A stretch of DNA of 63,688 nt, the filler included, from Octopus bimaculoides (Eukaryota), in the NCBI RefSeq assembly GCF_001194135.2. It is 4 parts of 3 records of this genome, joined end to end, with 100 filler letters (N's around TTAATTAATTAA, not from the genome) between each part and the next. Parts side by side here need not be neighbours in the genome. Positions count along the whole stretch, not along the records: positions 1 to 14,833 come from NC_068996.1; positions 14,934 to 27,020 come from NC_068981.1; positions 27,121 to 43,398 come from NC_068981.1; 1 more part is not named here. One strand, 5' to 3'. The position numbers were made by a program, and so were the translations under genes. The notes below the pieces were generated by a model. The model had not been told where the DNA came from, ran no database searches, and saw only the letters and a list, made by a program, of their open reading frames with translations. This document shows, in pieces, positions 13,330 to 27,129 of this stretch. The stretch's first letter is position 1. Every line of letters starts with the position of its first letter.

Positions 13330-13830
13330 AGAGGAAAGGATGAGAGTTGAGGCCATGTGGCGCAAAGAAGCGAAGAGAGAAGGTTCATTCTTGTTCACGG
13401 CGAAGGACGGAGTCCGGATGGCCCCTGTGCAAAGACAGTCCGAACACAAACAGTTGTAGTGAATGACCGGTAGATTGGAAATGGCGCGAGACCGGGGTGT
13501 CATTGCTGAGTCTGATGTCTCGGAGGTGCTCCGCGAACCGGTCTGCCAAGCGGCGTCCCGTTTGACGGATGTACAGAGAAGTGCAGGAAAAGCAGGAGAT
13601 GCAGTGATTGACGCTGCTAGAAATGCAGGTAAAGGAGTCGGTGATATGATAGGGACGATGATGGGTGCCTGCGATGATAGTGGTGCTGAAGAGGTTGGGG
13701 CAAGTACAGCAGCGTGGGCGGGAGCAAGGAATGAGCCAGGCTGGGAGGTGGGGGTTAGGGAAGAAACTGTGAACCAGGTGGTCACGCAGGTTGTGGGCTC
13801 ATTTGAAGAGGGAAGGGGTAGGTTGAGGAC
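13330..13830 (-). mobile_element. Penelope-like element 3' fragment (GIY-YIG domain)
   Basis: Minus-strand translation CISCFSCTSLYIRQTGRRLADRFAEHLRDIRLSNDTPVSRHFQSTGH...APHGLN, with frameshifts. Confidence 0.85.
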
Positions 13831-13898
13831 ACATGTACATATATATATGTGTGTGTGTGTGTATGTGTGTACATATAATATATATATGTATATATATA

Positions 13899-13934
<36 letters not shown>

Positions 13935-14020
13935 GCAGGAGTGGCAACAAAAGAAAGAAAGAGACCTCGATATTATGCAAATAGAGGAATGTATCTGTAA
14001 AAATATGTGACACTTATTCA

Positions 14021-14138
<118 letters not shown>

Positions 14139-14238
14139 TCAATTCGAATAAACAAACAAAAAACAGAGAAAAATGAAAAAATCGAACGTGAGGACGTGCA
14201 CAAGAAATATATTGATTTGACACTCGGTGAAGGGAGTT

Positions 14239-14272
14239 GTTAACATTTCGAGCAAAGATCTTCGTCGGTAAC
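14239..14272 (-). ncRNA. Degenerate minimal type-I hammerhead motif (PLE pLTR)
   Basis: CCGACGA-A-GAUC/UUU/GCUC-GAAA-UGU-UAAC; U4 is changed to C and stem II has one mismatch. Confidence 0.5.
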
Positions 14273-15412
14273 AGGGAAGTCCAAATATATATATACGTAC
14301 AAACAGACAGACTTATGTGTAGGAACAGGAAAACAGGCGCCGGTCACACAAACTCATTTATAACCTAACACTTTCAGCTCGATTGCCTTCTCACATGTTA
14401 ACTGTTGTTATATTCTTCAAGGTACCTGCTTTACAATGTGAAGCATCCAAGGAAAGAATTCATTCGTTAGATAGCTAAAACTGGACTGAATTTAACTCAG
14501 GAACTATTTAAACTTTTTCTTAAACCCTCTTAACTCTAACCCCCAAACGTCTGATGATGTGAACGGTTTCTACGCAAATGAAACTTTAAGCAATGCATTA
14601 CGTCAAACCATTTTTCAACAGATACAACTCTATAATGAATGAATGCACGTATGTATGTATATATGCATGTATCTATGAATATATGTATGTACATATGTGT
14701 GTAAAAATATATGTATGTACGTATGTATGTATATATGTATACATATGTGCATTATATATTCTTATATAAGTGTATGTATGCCTATATGGATGGATGAATG
14801 TAGGTGTGTATATATGTATATATTTGTATGTATNNNNNNNNNNNNNNNNNNNNNNNNNNNNNNNNNNNNNNNNNNNNTTAATTAATTAANNNNNNNNNNN
14901 NNNNNNNNNNNNNNNNNNNNNNNNNNNNNNNNNATGTATATTTATTTCTTTATTTTGATAATCAAGGAAATTATCTTGATTAGTCTTTTTGCATGTACAG
15001 TGCCCTAGGAAAAGATTTTACTTCTGTGCTCAATTACAAAAATGTAATTACCGAAGATACAATGAAATTTGCTCTTTATATATTTGTATGCAGTTATTTG
15101 AGTAGGTCTCTTTCGCATTTTCTTTAGTCTTTAAATTCTTCCTACAGAGAACAACTGGTTTCAAACAAAGAAACAATGTTCCATGATTGGAATTTAACAA
15201 TAAAAGTATAGAATTTGCCTCTTGAATTTCATTGTTCTGCTTATAGGCTAAATTTTCAGAAAATTAGCTATCTGGTTGTATATGCATATAGGTATACATG
15301 TACAAACGTGTATATATACATGTGCGTTTGCAAGCACAAATGTCGTTGTGTATGTAGGCATGTATGTTTTGAACTGACGTATGTTTGTTTATACTTATGC
15401 TTGACTACATTC

Positions 15413-15883
<471 letters not shown>

Positions 15884-16309
15884 TATATATTTGTGCTATA
15901 AGCTAAACGAAAAGCTGCATATTTTGCATAATTTATCGGTTGCTTGTGAACACAAGTGGTAACATGTAACCCAATACAAACTTTTGCTTGGTCGTCTCGT
16001 CTACTGAACTTGGTACGCCATCAAGCATAATAAGTGATGAGCGTTATTTTTAAAGTGCGGGATGAAGCACAAAATCTGTTGAAAGGTGTATAAACTTCAG
16101 AGTATATGCACGTGCGTATGTGAGTACGTTACGAAGGAATGTCTGTCAATAATGACTGTGGAGATGATGAGTTTTTCTGTTATGTTTTCTCTGTACACTG
16201 TAAACTTTTTGCTGGTTTTCTCAGTCACCTCCAAGTATATTGGCAAATGACATTAGGCAATTTATCAAAACATTGAATAGACAGACGGCAAGCATTTAAC
16301 AAGACGAAA

Positions 16310-16560
16310 CAGCGGCGAGCTGGCAGAAACGTTAGCACGCCGGGCGAAATGCTTAGCGATATTTCGTTTGCCGCTACGTTCTGAGTTCAAATTCCGCCGA
16401 GGTCGACTTTGCCTTTCATCCTTTCAGGGTTGATTAAATAAGTACCAGTTACGCACTGGGGTCGATATAATCGACTTAATCTGTTTGTCTGTCCTTGTTT
16501 GTCCCCTCTGTGTGTAGCCCCTTGTGGGCAGTAAAGAAATAAGATGAAACAGCCATGTAT
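16310..16560 (+). mobile_element. SINE family 2, variant 3' end
   Basis: Consensus head, then gtccttgtttgtcccctctgtgtgtagccc tail. Confidence 0.9.
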
Positions 16561-16581
16561 GTATGTATGTATGTATGTATG

Positions 16582-16617
<36 letters not shown>

Positions 16618-16706
16618 ATGATAATTTACTTTCGAACGTAGAGACACCTTTAGAACAGCAGAAACATTGGGTAAATCACCCTTACAATGCGGAAAAAAGT
16701 GTCAAC

Positions 16707-16780
16707 AGGCAGCCATGGGACTCGAACCCACATCTGTTGAAGACTCCGGTCAAGTGCTTTACCATTAAGGGTAATTTACC
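16707..16780 (-). pseudogene. tRNA-like pseudogene or isolated SINE head
   Basis: About 73 nt with perfect T arm GTGGG-TTCGAGT-CCCAT, A-box-like TAATGGTAAAGC and a T6 run 9 nt downstream; acceptor stem has 2 mismatches and the anticodon loop is non-canonical. Confidence 0.55.
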
Positions 16781-16899
16781 TAATATGTCTGCTATTCTAA
16801 CGGCGTCTCTGCGTTCGAAAACAAATTATCTTATCTGTAGCCTCATATCTTGATTAGGCTTTTTGTATGTACAGTCCCTTATAACAAAAAAAGCAAATG

Positions 16900-17350
16900 T
16901 TTGTTCATATTCATATACACGTTCCATATTTGATCTTGGCACTATGTCCCCAACAGATATGAATGAACGTTTTTCCTTTCATCCTTTCAGCCCCTCTTAA
17001 TTCTTTTTTTTACCCTTTTAAATCCTCATTCCACACTCTCTCCGCAATATTCCCGTATTTACTTACCTCTACTCTCTCCATCACCCTTTTCCTTCTCCTT
17101 TCTGCATGCCCTCTCCTATAACTACTATTTCACGTTAGCAGCCTGCGTTATTCTGCGTCCATTATCAGTTGCAGCCAGTTTGTCAAGCTGAGAGGATGCA
17201 AACTCTTTTTGACTTTATTTACCTTTTCATCTCTTTTTCTCTGCCTCTCTGACGAAGGATTGAATCCGAAATGTTGGATATACCACTCCTCACAGCAAGT
17301 TCACTGCACCCTTTCTCTTTTTTTTATATTATTTCAATTCTTGCCGACGC
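16900..17350 (+). mobile_element. Penelope-like element 3' end and pseudo-LTR fragment
   Basis: IFDLGTMSPTDMNERFSF resembles the PLE C-terminus and is followed by a pyrimidine-rich UTR and a hammerhead motif. Confidence 0.6.
17245..17280 (+). ncRNA. Minimal type-I hammerhead motif (PLE pLTR)
   Basis: CUGACGA-A-GGAU/UGA/AUCC-GAAA-UG-UU; core intact, stem II perfect, stem I short and wobbly. Confidence 0.7.
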
Positions 17351-17545
17351 AGAGCTATCAGATTATTGCCTGATTATATATATATANNNNNNNNNNNNNN
17401 NNNNNNNNNNNNNNNNNNNNNNNNNNNNNNNNNNNNNNNNNNNNNNNNNNNNNNNNNNNNNNNNNNNNNNNNNNNNNNNNNNNNNNNNNNNNNNNNNNNN
17501 NNNNNNNNNNNNNNNNNNNNNNNNNNNNNNNNNNNNNNNNNNNNN

Positions 17546-17583
<38 letters not shown>

Positions 17584-17586
<3 letters not shown>

Positions 17587-18100
17587 GCGAAATGCATTCC
17601 AGAAGTTTTGAAACTTTTTTTCTGGTGAGACATTTATTAATTTCAAAGAAGTACAAAATTATAACATCCTTTGAAGTAGGATCCTCTGATTTCAATGTAC
17701 TTGTAGCGCTCCAGCCACTTCATGAAGGCCTCATGGAAGTCCTCCAAAGTGAAGATGTTCAGAACCCTTGTCACAGCCTGCCTCATCATCTCATTGTCTT
17801 CAAAACGATTGCTCCCGAGGTACTCCGTCAGGTCAGGCAACAAGTAAAAGTCATAAAGAGCAAAGTTTGGACTGTAGGGACGATGATGGACTGTTTTGAA
17901 GCCTATCTCTGTCAAGTAGTTGGTTACCAGAATGGAATTATGGATTGGTTTATTGTCCTGGTATAGATGCTCTGACCTTTTGTGATGGAATCTCTCGGAA
18001 CTCCCTCAAAACCTTCACAAAGTATTCTTTCTTGATCATCTGGCCAGGGGAACCCAGTGGATGTAGATGATGTTCTTGCTGTGGTTGGTGGCTTTTCATC
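17584..18100 (-). mobile_element. Mariner (DD34D-type) transposase remnant
   Basis: GQMIKKEYFVKVLREFRE; TVHHRPYSPNFALYDFYLLPDL...NRFEDNE...FMKWLERY..IEIRGSYF; TIR-like end near 17584. Confidence 0.9.
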
Positions 18101-20847
18101 ATCTTTGTACAAACATTCTCACCTTTAGATTTTAAGTCCTTGCAGATTTTATTGCCCCTGATATCGTAGTCACCTATAGTGTACGAAATACAGAACATCA
18201 TTCGTTCTCCAGTATTCTAACTTTAGCGATACTTTGATCCAAGGAAGTTGGTAAATATCATCGGCACCAGTGATGATGAGCATAGAGTGTATTTTAGGGC
18301 TTATTTTAAAATCTCCCCTCAATGGGGAATAGATGTCTTCGGTCTTCTACAACAGGTGTCGGCGAACCGGGATGAATTTCCCCAAGTGGGGTAAAAATAA
18401 AATTCTTGCGGGTAATGAGGACTCCTTAGACATAAAATAAAATTATTTAAAAAAACGCGTTCTTTTAATAAACCTTTTGAATTCAAAAAATCTATGATTT
18501 TCTTCCTTTCAAATCAAGAGGATAACATCGGCGTAAATAAATATATTTTGAGGAAATTGGTTAAAAAATTTTATAATATTCTTAAATTCCTAAAAAGTTA
18601 GCAGCTGAATTTATTTTGCGGCCCCAAGAACATGTAAGTCGTGCATTAATCTGATTTCTGTTTTTATTTTTAGATTTAACCAATGTTTTTCTGCTCCACC
18701 GGTTTCAATATGTTTATTTTTACTGGTTGTTACGTCTTTCTTATTCTCGTTTTTCATCTTTTGTATTTTTGTTTAATCTTGTGGGGGATCTGCATATCGG
18801 GTCTGATGCGTAGTGTGCATGATCTAAGATGGATCCAATGCATTTTTGTACTTTAATGCGTATTGTTTCTTTCAGTTGTCAAAACTTGTACATATGGGTG
18901 TTCCAAATATTTTTGTGCGTTGTTTTACAATCATTACTAAATCTCGTACGTATTCTAGAAGTTTTGTGTAATACCTAGTCATTTTGTCTTCTGTGTGTGT
19001 ATGTGTGCGTGTGTGTGTGTGCATGTATATTTTATGCCCTCGTTGTGGTTGCGACATTTGGTTGTATTTGATCTTATCGAGTGCATTATTTGGTTGCATT
19101 TGAAATTCTCTGTTACTCCAACTAAGAAGTGCGTAACGCATGTGTTATGACGTCATTTCACTGCTAGCACGTTGGTCTCACCTGTCAGTGAGCTACCTTT
19201 TTTTTGCTATTGAGACAAACAGCACAACCATTTTAGTTTCTCCCGTTGTTACGTGTGCTATTTCAGCTAATGAAAAACTAATAAACTCTGAGCCATGTTT
19301 TTGATTGTTAGAAAATAATACAAGGTACCTTACCTTATTAGTTGTCATTAGTAGCCATAGCTCAACTGTTTTATTTTGTATTCAGTTTAGCCTTTAACCC
19401 AAACCCAATAGAGTACAATGGCTTATCTTAAATCACGAGGTACTTTAAACTGAACGAGTAATAATTCTCTGACTGTTATTTTCTTCTATTAAAAAAAAAT
19501 CGTACGTTGTCTATTTTTTTTTACTGCTGGCCATTATTCATTTTTACACATTGATAATATAAACAAGTACTGTGTATGTACGAACTTTAATTCATAATGC
19601 TACAACTGATAACTTTGTGCTGAGAACCAACCTACAATTATTATAACATCGTTCAAACAAACGCCAATGTTTCTAGTTTTAAAGCTAGTAAATAAGTCTA
19701 AAATAGGCGAACATTTTTTCTTCTAATTAAATCGACATTTTTTCTGAAAACATAACACCATACGTGTTTGCATTTTTTATGTGCTCGACCAATAAGTTTG
19801 TTAAAAAGTCATTGCCAAATTCCTACATTTTCTCACAGCTTTGTTTACAATAACACTATGCCCTGTTGCTGTGCAAGTATGTTATTTGAGGTTATTACGT
19901 TATGGTTGTTGCTGATTATCCCCATATTAGTTCTGACTGAGGCAAACTATGATCAACAACATTCCAGACATGCCTATTCCATCTTGCTTTCAGGCATTGT
20001 TCTATTATCGAACCAAATGTCCTTTCATTTTTAAGACGGTAGGTAGCGATTTGAAGGAGCTTGGTTTATATTTCTAGTAGGTTGAGTCACCGCTTAGAGG
20101 CTCCTTCGTTGGCTTCTTCTTAGGTTTATTATTATGGCATCAAGTGTGGTGTGTCCATTGTTGTTAAGGCTGCTGTTAATTACTTTGGAGTTAGTTTATT
20201 GCTTGTTTAGCTGTTGATGTTGGTTTCAAGGGGTAATTTCAATAGTCTCAGTCTTAACTCTCCCTACTTCCCATGCAGCATCAGTCGACAAGAGATCTCC
20301 TCCCTTCCTCCATCAGAGTCGCAAGTTCTGTCATGAGTCTTCTGGCAGTCCAAGCCAAGCCCGTAACTTTCAATTTCTCTGCCATAATCATCAATCTGAT
20401 TTTGGCAAGTCTAACTCCCCTTCCTACGACCTCGCTCTGGCTCCCACTTAAAAAGACTCACTGGATTCTTCATGAACAGAAAGTATCTGGAATAAACTCC
20501 CACCCAAAATTTTGGACTTTGAAATTCTAGATCCGTATTGGGCATAGCCATTCCTAGGCTTTCTGGGAAAGAAAACGGGGTGGAGACTAAAACTAACAAC
20601 TTTCTCCAGTATTCAAATGCTTAAAGAATTGATGAATTTATTCGGTTCATTCCATGTATCCAACTTGGAATTGCACAATCTCCCAATCACTTCAGACAAC
20701 AATAGCTACAATATTTTCATTACAGATCGATAATTATCATCTGAATACAGTTCCAAATTTAGATGAATTTGTATCATATTTACTGTATAAATGCATTACT
20801 GCATATTCTGCAGTTATTGGATTATTATCTTTATAAAGATTCATATC

Positions 20848-21412
20848 CTGCCGAGGTTGATCATAGTTTTCATTCTTTCGAGGTCGATAAAATAAGTACC
20901 AGTTACATACTAGAGTCGATGTAATTAATCAACTAGCCCCCACCCAAAATTTCAGGTCTGGTCCCTAGAGTAAAAAGAACTATTATTATTATTAATAAGG
21001 AGATGGGCTGGCCAAATCTTTTGCACGCCGAACACAATACTTAGCAGTATTTCGTATGTACATTCTAAGTTCAAATCCCGCCGGGGTCGACTTGGTCTTT
21101 CTTCCTTTCGGGGTTGATGACATGAATACCAGTTGAGCTCTAGAATCGATGTAATCAACTAGCTACTCGCAAAATTTAAGGCCTTGTGCTTATAATACAA
21201 AACAACTATGTTTAGATGGCGAGCTAGTAAAATCAATAGAACGCTGGACAGAATACTAAGCAGCATTTCGTCCGTGGTTACGTTCTGAGTTCAAATCCTG
21301 CCTTTCATCATTTCGGGATCGATAAAACAAGTAGCAGTTGAGGACTGGCGTCGATGTAATTGACTTCTCCATACACTCCCGAAATTACTGGCCTTGTGTC
21401 AAAATTTGAAAC
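20848..21412 (+). mobile_element. Three head-to-tail SINE family 2 copies
   Basis: Units at ~20848-20990, ~21000-21210 and ~21215-21412. Confidence 0.85.
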
Positions 21413-21462
<50 letters not shown>

Positions 21463-21464
<2 letters not shown>

Positions 21465-21575
21465 GTTCAGTAGTTTTATTTTTATAACGTGCTTTCACTT
21501 CACTACCGAGCACAGCTCTGTGTGCCTTGGGTATGTGCTGTGGTTTGCTGTGATGCTCTTATGGTTACTGTATTG

Positions 21576-21582
<7 letters not shown>
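21463..21582 (-). mobile_element. Family A R4/Dong 3' tip inside a (TAA)n tract
   Basis: Near-identical to 8528-8645; flanked by (ATT)n on both sides. Confidence 0.85.
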
Positions 21583-21648
<66 letters not shown>

Positions 21649-22289
21649 CATTATTATTATTGTTATTGTTATTATTATTAATTTTCAGATTCACTTAGGC
21701 TACATTAACAACAATAATATATTTTAATTCCGATTACGATTTTTTTTATCCCCACTTCAACAATGTGCTGGAAAAACACACTGTATTTTCCGCACGAATA
21801 TGTCGGAGATACTGCAAGTCAGCTGTTTGAAATGGGTAAACAATTTTCCGAGTTGTACTATTCTAGAAAAACATAGGTTTTATGAAAATCAGCTACAAAT
21901 CCCACTTGTCTGTGTTGTTGTTCATGAATTTATTCAAAACCATTTTACAGAAACACATACGTAGATAAATATTGAGATCTCTTAGCATTAAGATATTGAT
22001 TTATTCTGTTTCCTTTGTCGATTTCTCTTGAAACGTATCTGAGATATTGCCTTGTCTTAATATTGTTTTAGAATATGGATTTAAGTGATTCTATTATTAA
22101 TTTTGCTTTATTGGCACAAAGCTAGTGAATTACTGAGGATGTTGTTTAGTCGATTTAATTGAAATAACTGTTATATAATTCCGATAAACGATAGCGATTC
22201 GAGAAAGATCCTGTCAAGATTTGAGTACAGATCACAGAAGATCGAAAATATCCATCCATCCATCCATCCATCCATCCATCCATTCATCT

Positions 22290-22620
22290 TTTCCTCCTAC
22301 TATCCTCGGTAGAGTACTGGGTAGAGTCTTCAGGCATCTCTTCTGTGTGTCCTATCTGATGTAACAATCATAACACTTTCCGGCTGGATTCCCAAGTGTG
22401 ACTGAGTCTACAAATATTATCCAAGCATATTTTCCTTAGTTTCCCCAAAAGTCTCCTACCGGTTGGATTGCCTTGAAGAATCCGCCTTGCAATTTTTTCC
22501 GGCAACATTCATATTACATTTCCGTATTGCCGAATATAAAAAGGGATCGAAAATAATTTTTGTAAGTTATTTTATTCGGTGCTGCACCATTTGTAGTATT
22601 CCTTCGTTCCGTGTTTTCGT
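22290..22620 (-). mobile_element. Degraded RTE LINE 3' end
   Basis: RMLPEKIARRILQGNPTGRRLLGKLRKICLDNI. Confidence 0.65.
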
Positions 22621-22930
22621 AAATTTAGCACTCGAATAGAACGGTTGCAGTGCTGGTTATGGACTACAGACATTTCTAAAAACCAACCGTTTATATAGCA
22701 AGTTATATATTTGAAGCGATCTTTTCACCAAGTTCCTTCACAATGCCTAAAGTGCATAGGTCTGTCCTTCATTTAGTGAACAAAAACGAACACGTCTATC
22801 ATTTTTAGCCATAGGAGGCGATGTGAATCTCGTATGATGCGGCATTAAAACATATGCTTTCAATTTATCAGATTGGTGACTGAGCGGAAGTGTTAGAGTC
22901 GGTTAAAACAAAAGACAAAAACAATCATAC

Positions 22931-23098
22931 AGGCGCAGGCGTGGCTGTGTGGTAAGAAGCTTGCTTTACAACCACATGGTTCTGGGTTCAGTCCCACTGC
23001 GTGGCATGTTGGACTAGTGTCTTCTACTGTAATTTCGAGCCAACCAAAATCTTGAAAGTGGATTTGGTAAACGGAAATTGAAAGTGCCNNNNNNNNNN

Positions 23099-23132
<34 letters not shown>

Positions 23133-23393
23133 GTGTGCATGTGTGTGTGTATGTGTGTATGTATGTGTGTGTCTTTCTGTTTGTGTTTCTTCCTTATCAC
23201 CACTTGACAACAGGTGTTGTTGTGTTTACACTCCCGTAACATAGCAGTTCGGTAAAAGGGACTGATAGAATAAGTATTAGGCTTACAAAGAATAAGTGTA
23301 GTGGGGTCGATTTGTTCGACTAAATCCCTTTTAAGGCAGTGCTCCAGCATGGCCGCAATCATATGACTGAAATAAGTAAAAGAGTAAAAGAAT
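22931..23393 (+). mobile_element. tRNA-derived SINE family 1
   Basis: AGGCGCAGGCGTGGCTGTGTGG...GGTTCAGTCCC...AGTAAAAG tail. Confidence 0.9.
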
Positions 23394-23929
23394 ACAAACA
23401 AAAGACATGGACGTCGTCACGAAAAAACAAAATCTACTAGTGACCACCACAACATTCTAGACACGGATTTGCACTCAACAAAGAATATGGTAAACAGTCT
23501 CTACAAAAATGATAATGTGTTACGTAAGGAGATTGGTCGAAAAGACATATGTACCAGCAAATGAGCTTGCTGGATCTTCATTTTGGTGCTATTGTTTTAC
23601 GAATGAAGACGTAAGCATCAGATTAAAGCTCGGAATTGCAGAGAAGATGGAAGGAAAGTAAGGCCAGGATAGGTAATATGAATGAAGTGCCGTTGACATT
23701 CCAAAAAATATGCAAAGATGGTGACTATAAAAGCAATTGCACATCAGGAAAATTCACTTATCAGTTTTGGTCCTCTGTGCAGCCAGCGTAAAGCCATCGC
23801 ATTTAATGAGGCTTAAACGAAAAACAAAGCTAAAAGAAATTATTCTATCCGGTGATGGTTTTCATGTCCAACACAGGAATTAATTGAACGAAGAGTGTGT
23901 GAAACACGCAATGTTGATCAATCCCAAAC

Positions 23930-24312
23930 GTGTTGGCACTCCGTTGCTTACGACGTCAAGGGTTCCAGTTGATCCAATCAACGGAACAGCCTGCTCGTGA
24001 AATTAACGTGCAAGTGGCTGAGCACTCCACAAATACGTGCATCCTTAACGTAGTTCTCGAGGATATCCAGCGTGACACAATGTGACAAAGCTGACCCTTT
24101 GAAATACAGGTACAACAGAAGCAGGAAGTAAGAGTGAGAGAAAGTTGTGGTGGAAGAGTACAGCAGGGTTCGCCACCATCCCCTGTCGGAGCCTCGTTGA
24201 GCTTTAGGTGTTTTCGCTCAATAAACACTCACAACGCCCGGTCTGGGAATCGAGACCGCGATTCTATGACCGCTAGTCCGCTGCCCTAACCACTGGGCCA
24301 TTGCGCATCCAC
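23930..24312 (-). mobile_element. tRNA-derived SINE family 4 (3' parts also at 28000-28205 and 38483-38720, plus)
   Basis: TGGCCCAGTGG A box and GGTCTCGATTCCC B box; shared body gtggagtgctcagccacttgcac...ggatcaactggaaccc. Confidence 0.85.
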
Positions 24313-25237
24313 AATCCCAAACATATAAAGCAACAAAGAAACAATTAAAAAGCAAACGTTTTAAGGTTTAACATTAGCTTTATAGTTACTGAATGTTTCA
24401 GTCAACAAGCCATTCAAATGTTTTATGTCAGAAGAGCACAACTAGTGGATTTCACGTGGAAAATTATTATTTAAACAGAATAATTGGAGTCCAGTTGCAC
24501 ACGTATGTCGATGGGTAAAGCCTTCATGTGTGACTGTAAAAGTGAAAACAGTAAGTCAGATAACGGATTGAATTGAAGCGATCGATGGGACTGAAGATAA
24601 TATTCTTTACGATGGTAGTGATGACTCAGAAACCGTCCTCAGCAAGGACATTGGTGTCAATGAATGGCTCACAACCTACTTTCGGCAGCCAAGATATTAT
24701 TAGTGAAAAAATATTTTAATTTTCTGATAAATGTTTAATAGTAGAAACTGGTCACCTTTGAAAAAATTAAAAATTTTTTACTAAAAGTATACTTTGTAAA
24801 ATTTATCTAATAACGAAATATATACTATTGTTTTAAATTAGTTTTTTTTTTTATCATGAAATATATTTCTATGAACTTAGAAACTAAATATTTGTTAGGA
24901 AAACAATTTTGGAACAAACATTTATTATAATACATAGACATTTAAAAAATTTATTTTCCAAATGTGACCTGTTTTCTACCATAAACGTAATAAGCTCAGT
25001 TGAAATATCAGTGACTTTTGCACATTTATTCGCTGTTATTTATTCTATTTCACAAAAAAAACAACAACATTCTGGTGGTTCAATAAAACAATCATTTATA
25101 ATCATACATTATTTTTCTGATATGAAATGCATAACTGCTTCTATTGCCCCCACCCCTGAAAATTAATAACTTCTAAGAAGATGATTAATTTAGAGCGCAA
25201 AATTAAAATCCTTTAGCAAATATAATATATACATGTG

Positions 25238-25268
<31 letters not shown>

Positions 25269-25307
25269 TCACACACACACTCGCACACACACACTCACAC
25301 ACACTCA

Positions 25308-25341
<34 letters not shown>

Positions 25342-26915
25342 TATCATATTACCATTTTACTGAATTCATTCGGTGCGATTCTTGCGGTTGATGCAGTTTT
25401 GCAAGTTTTTCAGTATCAGGCTCTATAGTTATTAGAGGCAAACGACGACTTCTACTTACTATTTCTAAGCAGTTGTGAGCTTTTGATAATAAGAAAGATA
25501 CTTTAAAACTTGACTTACCGAGATAAGAGTAAGAAATTGTCACCGAATGTATGAACTTGAAAGAAGTAATATAATATTTGATTCATATAAGACTTTACAT
25601 TGCTCACTTAATATTTAAACTTAGTGATAAATTACAGTGAAACAAATTTGTTTTTTGTCTTTGGTCAGTAAATGGTATTCCTATTTGCTTCTGTCTAGAA
25701 ATCAAAGGAAATGACTACTATTCCTTTCAAGCATTGCTTTTGCGGTCTGGAGATCAGTGTTTTGAAACTGACTTATTTTCCATTACATTTCAGATAGATT
25801 CAGCGCTGAGGTGCTGAAGCAGAAATATCATAGCAAATATTCTACTCATACCACAGATTTGCTTGTTAGTCGCTTGACCTTAACCACTTGAGCATGTCTC
25901 TTAGTGGCTGATAATTACGTGCATCCCTAATCATGAGCAGGGAGCATCATAGCCATGTGTTGAGATGGATTCTTTGGTGTTTGAATAAATGTAACAAAAG
26001 CAAAGTTTGAAGGAAATATTAGCCATTTTTCATACTTTCTGTGGATAAGCAAATAGTAAATAACAGTTGCTACCCACAGGCAAAAATCAGTATTATTATC
26101 CAATTCTCAAATAAATCCTTTATTCTTCTGTCATGATGGATCTTATGATAAAAATACATTGTGTGTACGTGAGTGCATGTATTCTTTTGAGTGTAAATTT
26201 TAAAGAGTTACAGAAAAAAAAAGAAAATATTAGGAAGAGGCAGAATGGCAGTTGTGTGACGCCAGTCAGTGAGTCCGTTCAATTTCCTAAACTTTGCCAT
26301 GGCTCCATTACACGTTACCACGGCCTCAGGCTGGGGATCACTGGTATAGGTAACAATAGGAGTTAATATGTTAATAGGTATGTAATAAACCAGCCATGGG
26401 CAAACTGTAGCTCGAAAAACTTCCTGAGTGGAACTCTTAACAAGTCTCGTGCACTCCCTTTCTCAAAAAAGCTTGCTTATGCTTGTAATAAACAGTAAAT
26501 AAAATGACGCGTACATTCAGCTAACTGTGGCACTGTCAACAAACATTTTCACATTAAACATTAGTCTAAAAGTAAAGCACTAAGGGAACACTCCCTTTCT
26601 TACACAAGCACTCTACTTTTGAACATAAGAGTGTCGTAGTTGCGCCGCTGATTTCCACAGTGGTGACCAAAAGCCGCGTAAGTAGTGAAAAATTGTCAAT
26701 TATTGTGAAACGTAGGAATGTAAGGCTAGTAGCGAGCATGTCAGGCAGCGTAATATTAAATTTTGTCACTGAACCACTATCACGTTTTAAATTAAAAAAA
26801 TATTTTTATACAATAAGTCTTTGATAAAAGGGTTCATGAATCGTCATAAAACTTTTATTACAAATGTGTCATACTAATTATAAGTTGCGTCCTAGCACTT
26901 AACTAGCAGGTACAA

Positions 26916-26966
26916 GTACACAGGGCCCCACCACCGTGCACGTACACAGGCCCCCACCACCGTGCA

Positions 26967-26967
<1 letters not shown>
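26916..26967. repeat. 26-bp direct tandem duplication leading into (CA)n
   Basis: gtacacagg(g/c)ccccaccaccgtgcac x2. Confidence 0.9.
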
Positions 26968-27020
<53 letters not shown>

Positions 27021-27129
27021 NNNNNNNNNNNNNNNNNNNNNNNNNNNNNNNNNNNNNNNNNNNNTTAATTAATTAANNNNNNNNNNNNNNNNNNNNNNNN
27101 NNNNNNNNNNNNNNNNNNNNAACTAACAA

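Noticed and set aside
13463-13984. 173-aa plus-strand ORF and 228-aa minus-strand ORF 13099..13785
   Set aside because: Antisense or off-frame shadows of the Penelope GIY-YIG fragment.
14540-14590. CTGATGA...GAAAC hammerhead-like spacing
   Set aside because: Stem II does not close next to GAAA and no stem I is present.
14878-14889. TTAATTAATTAA islands inside N gaps (also at 27065-27076 and 43443-43454)
   Set aside because: An identical six-frame-stop 12-mer embedded in Ns three times is an assembly linker, not biology.
18350-18420. hAT/Charlie-like terminus caggtgtcggcgaac (similar at ~26390) and pogo-like hints at 21780 and 24560
   Set aside because: No matching opposite terminus or convincing transposase sequence found.
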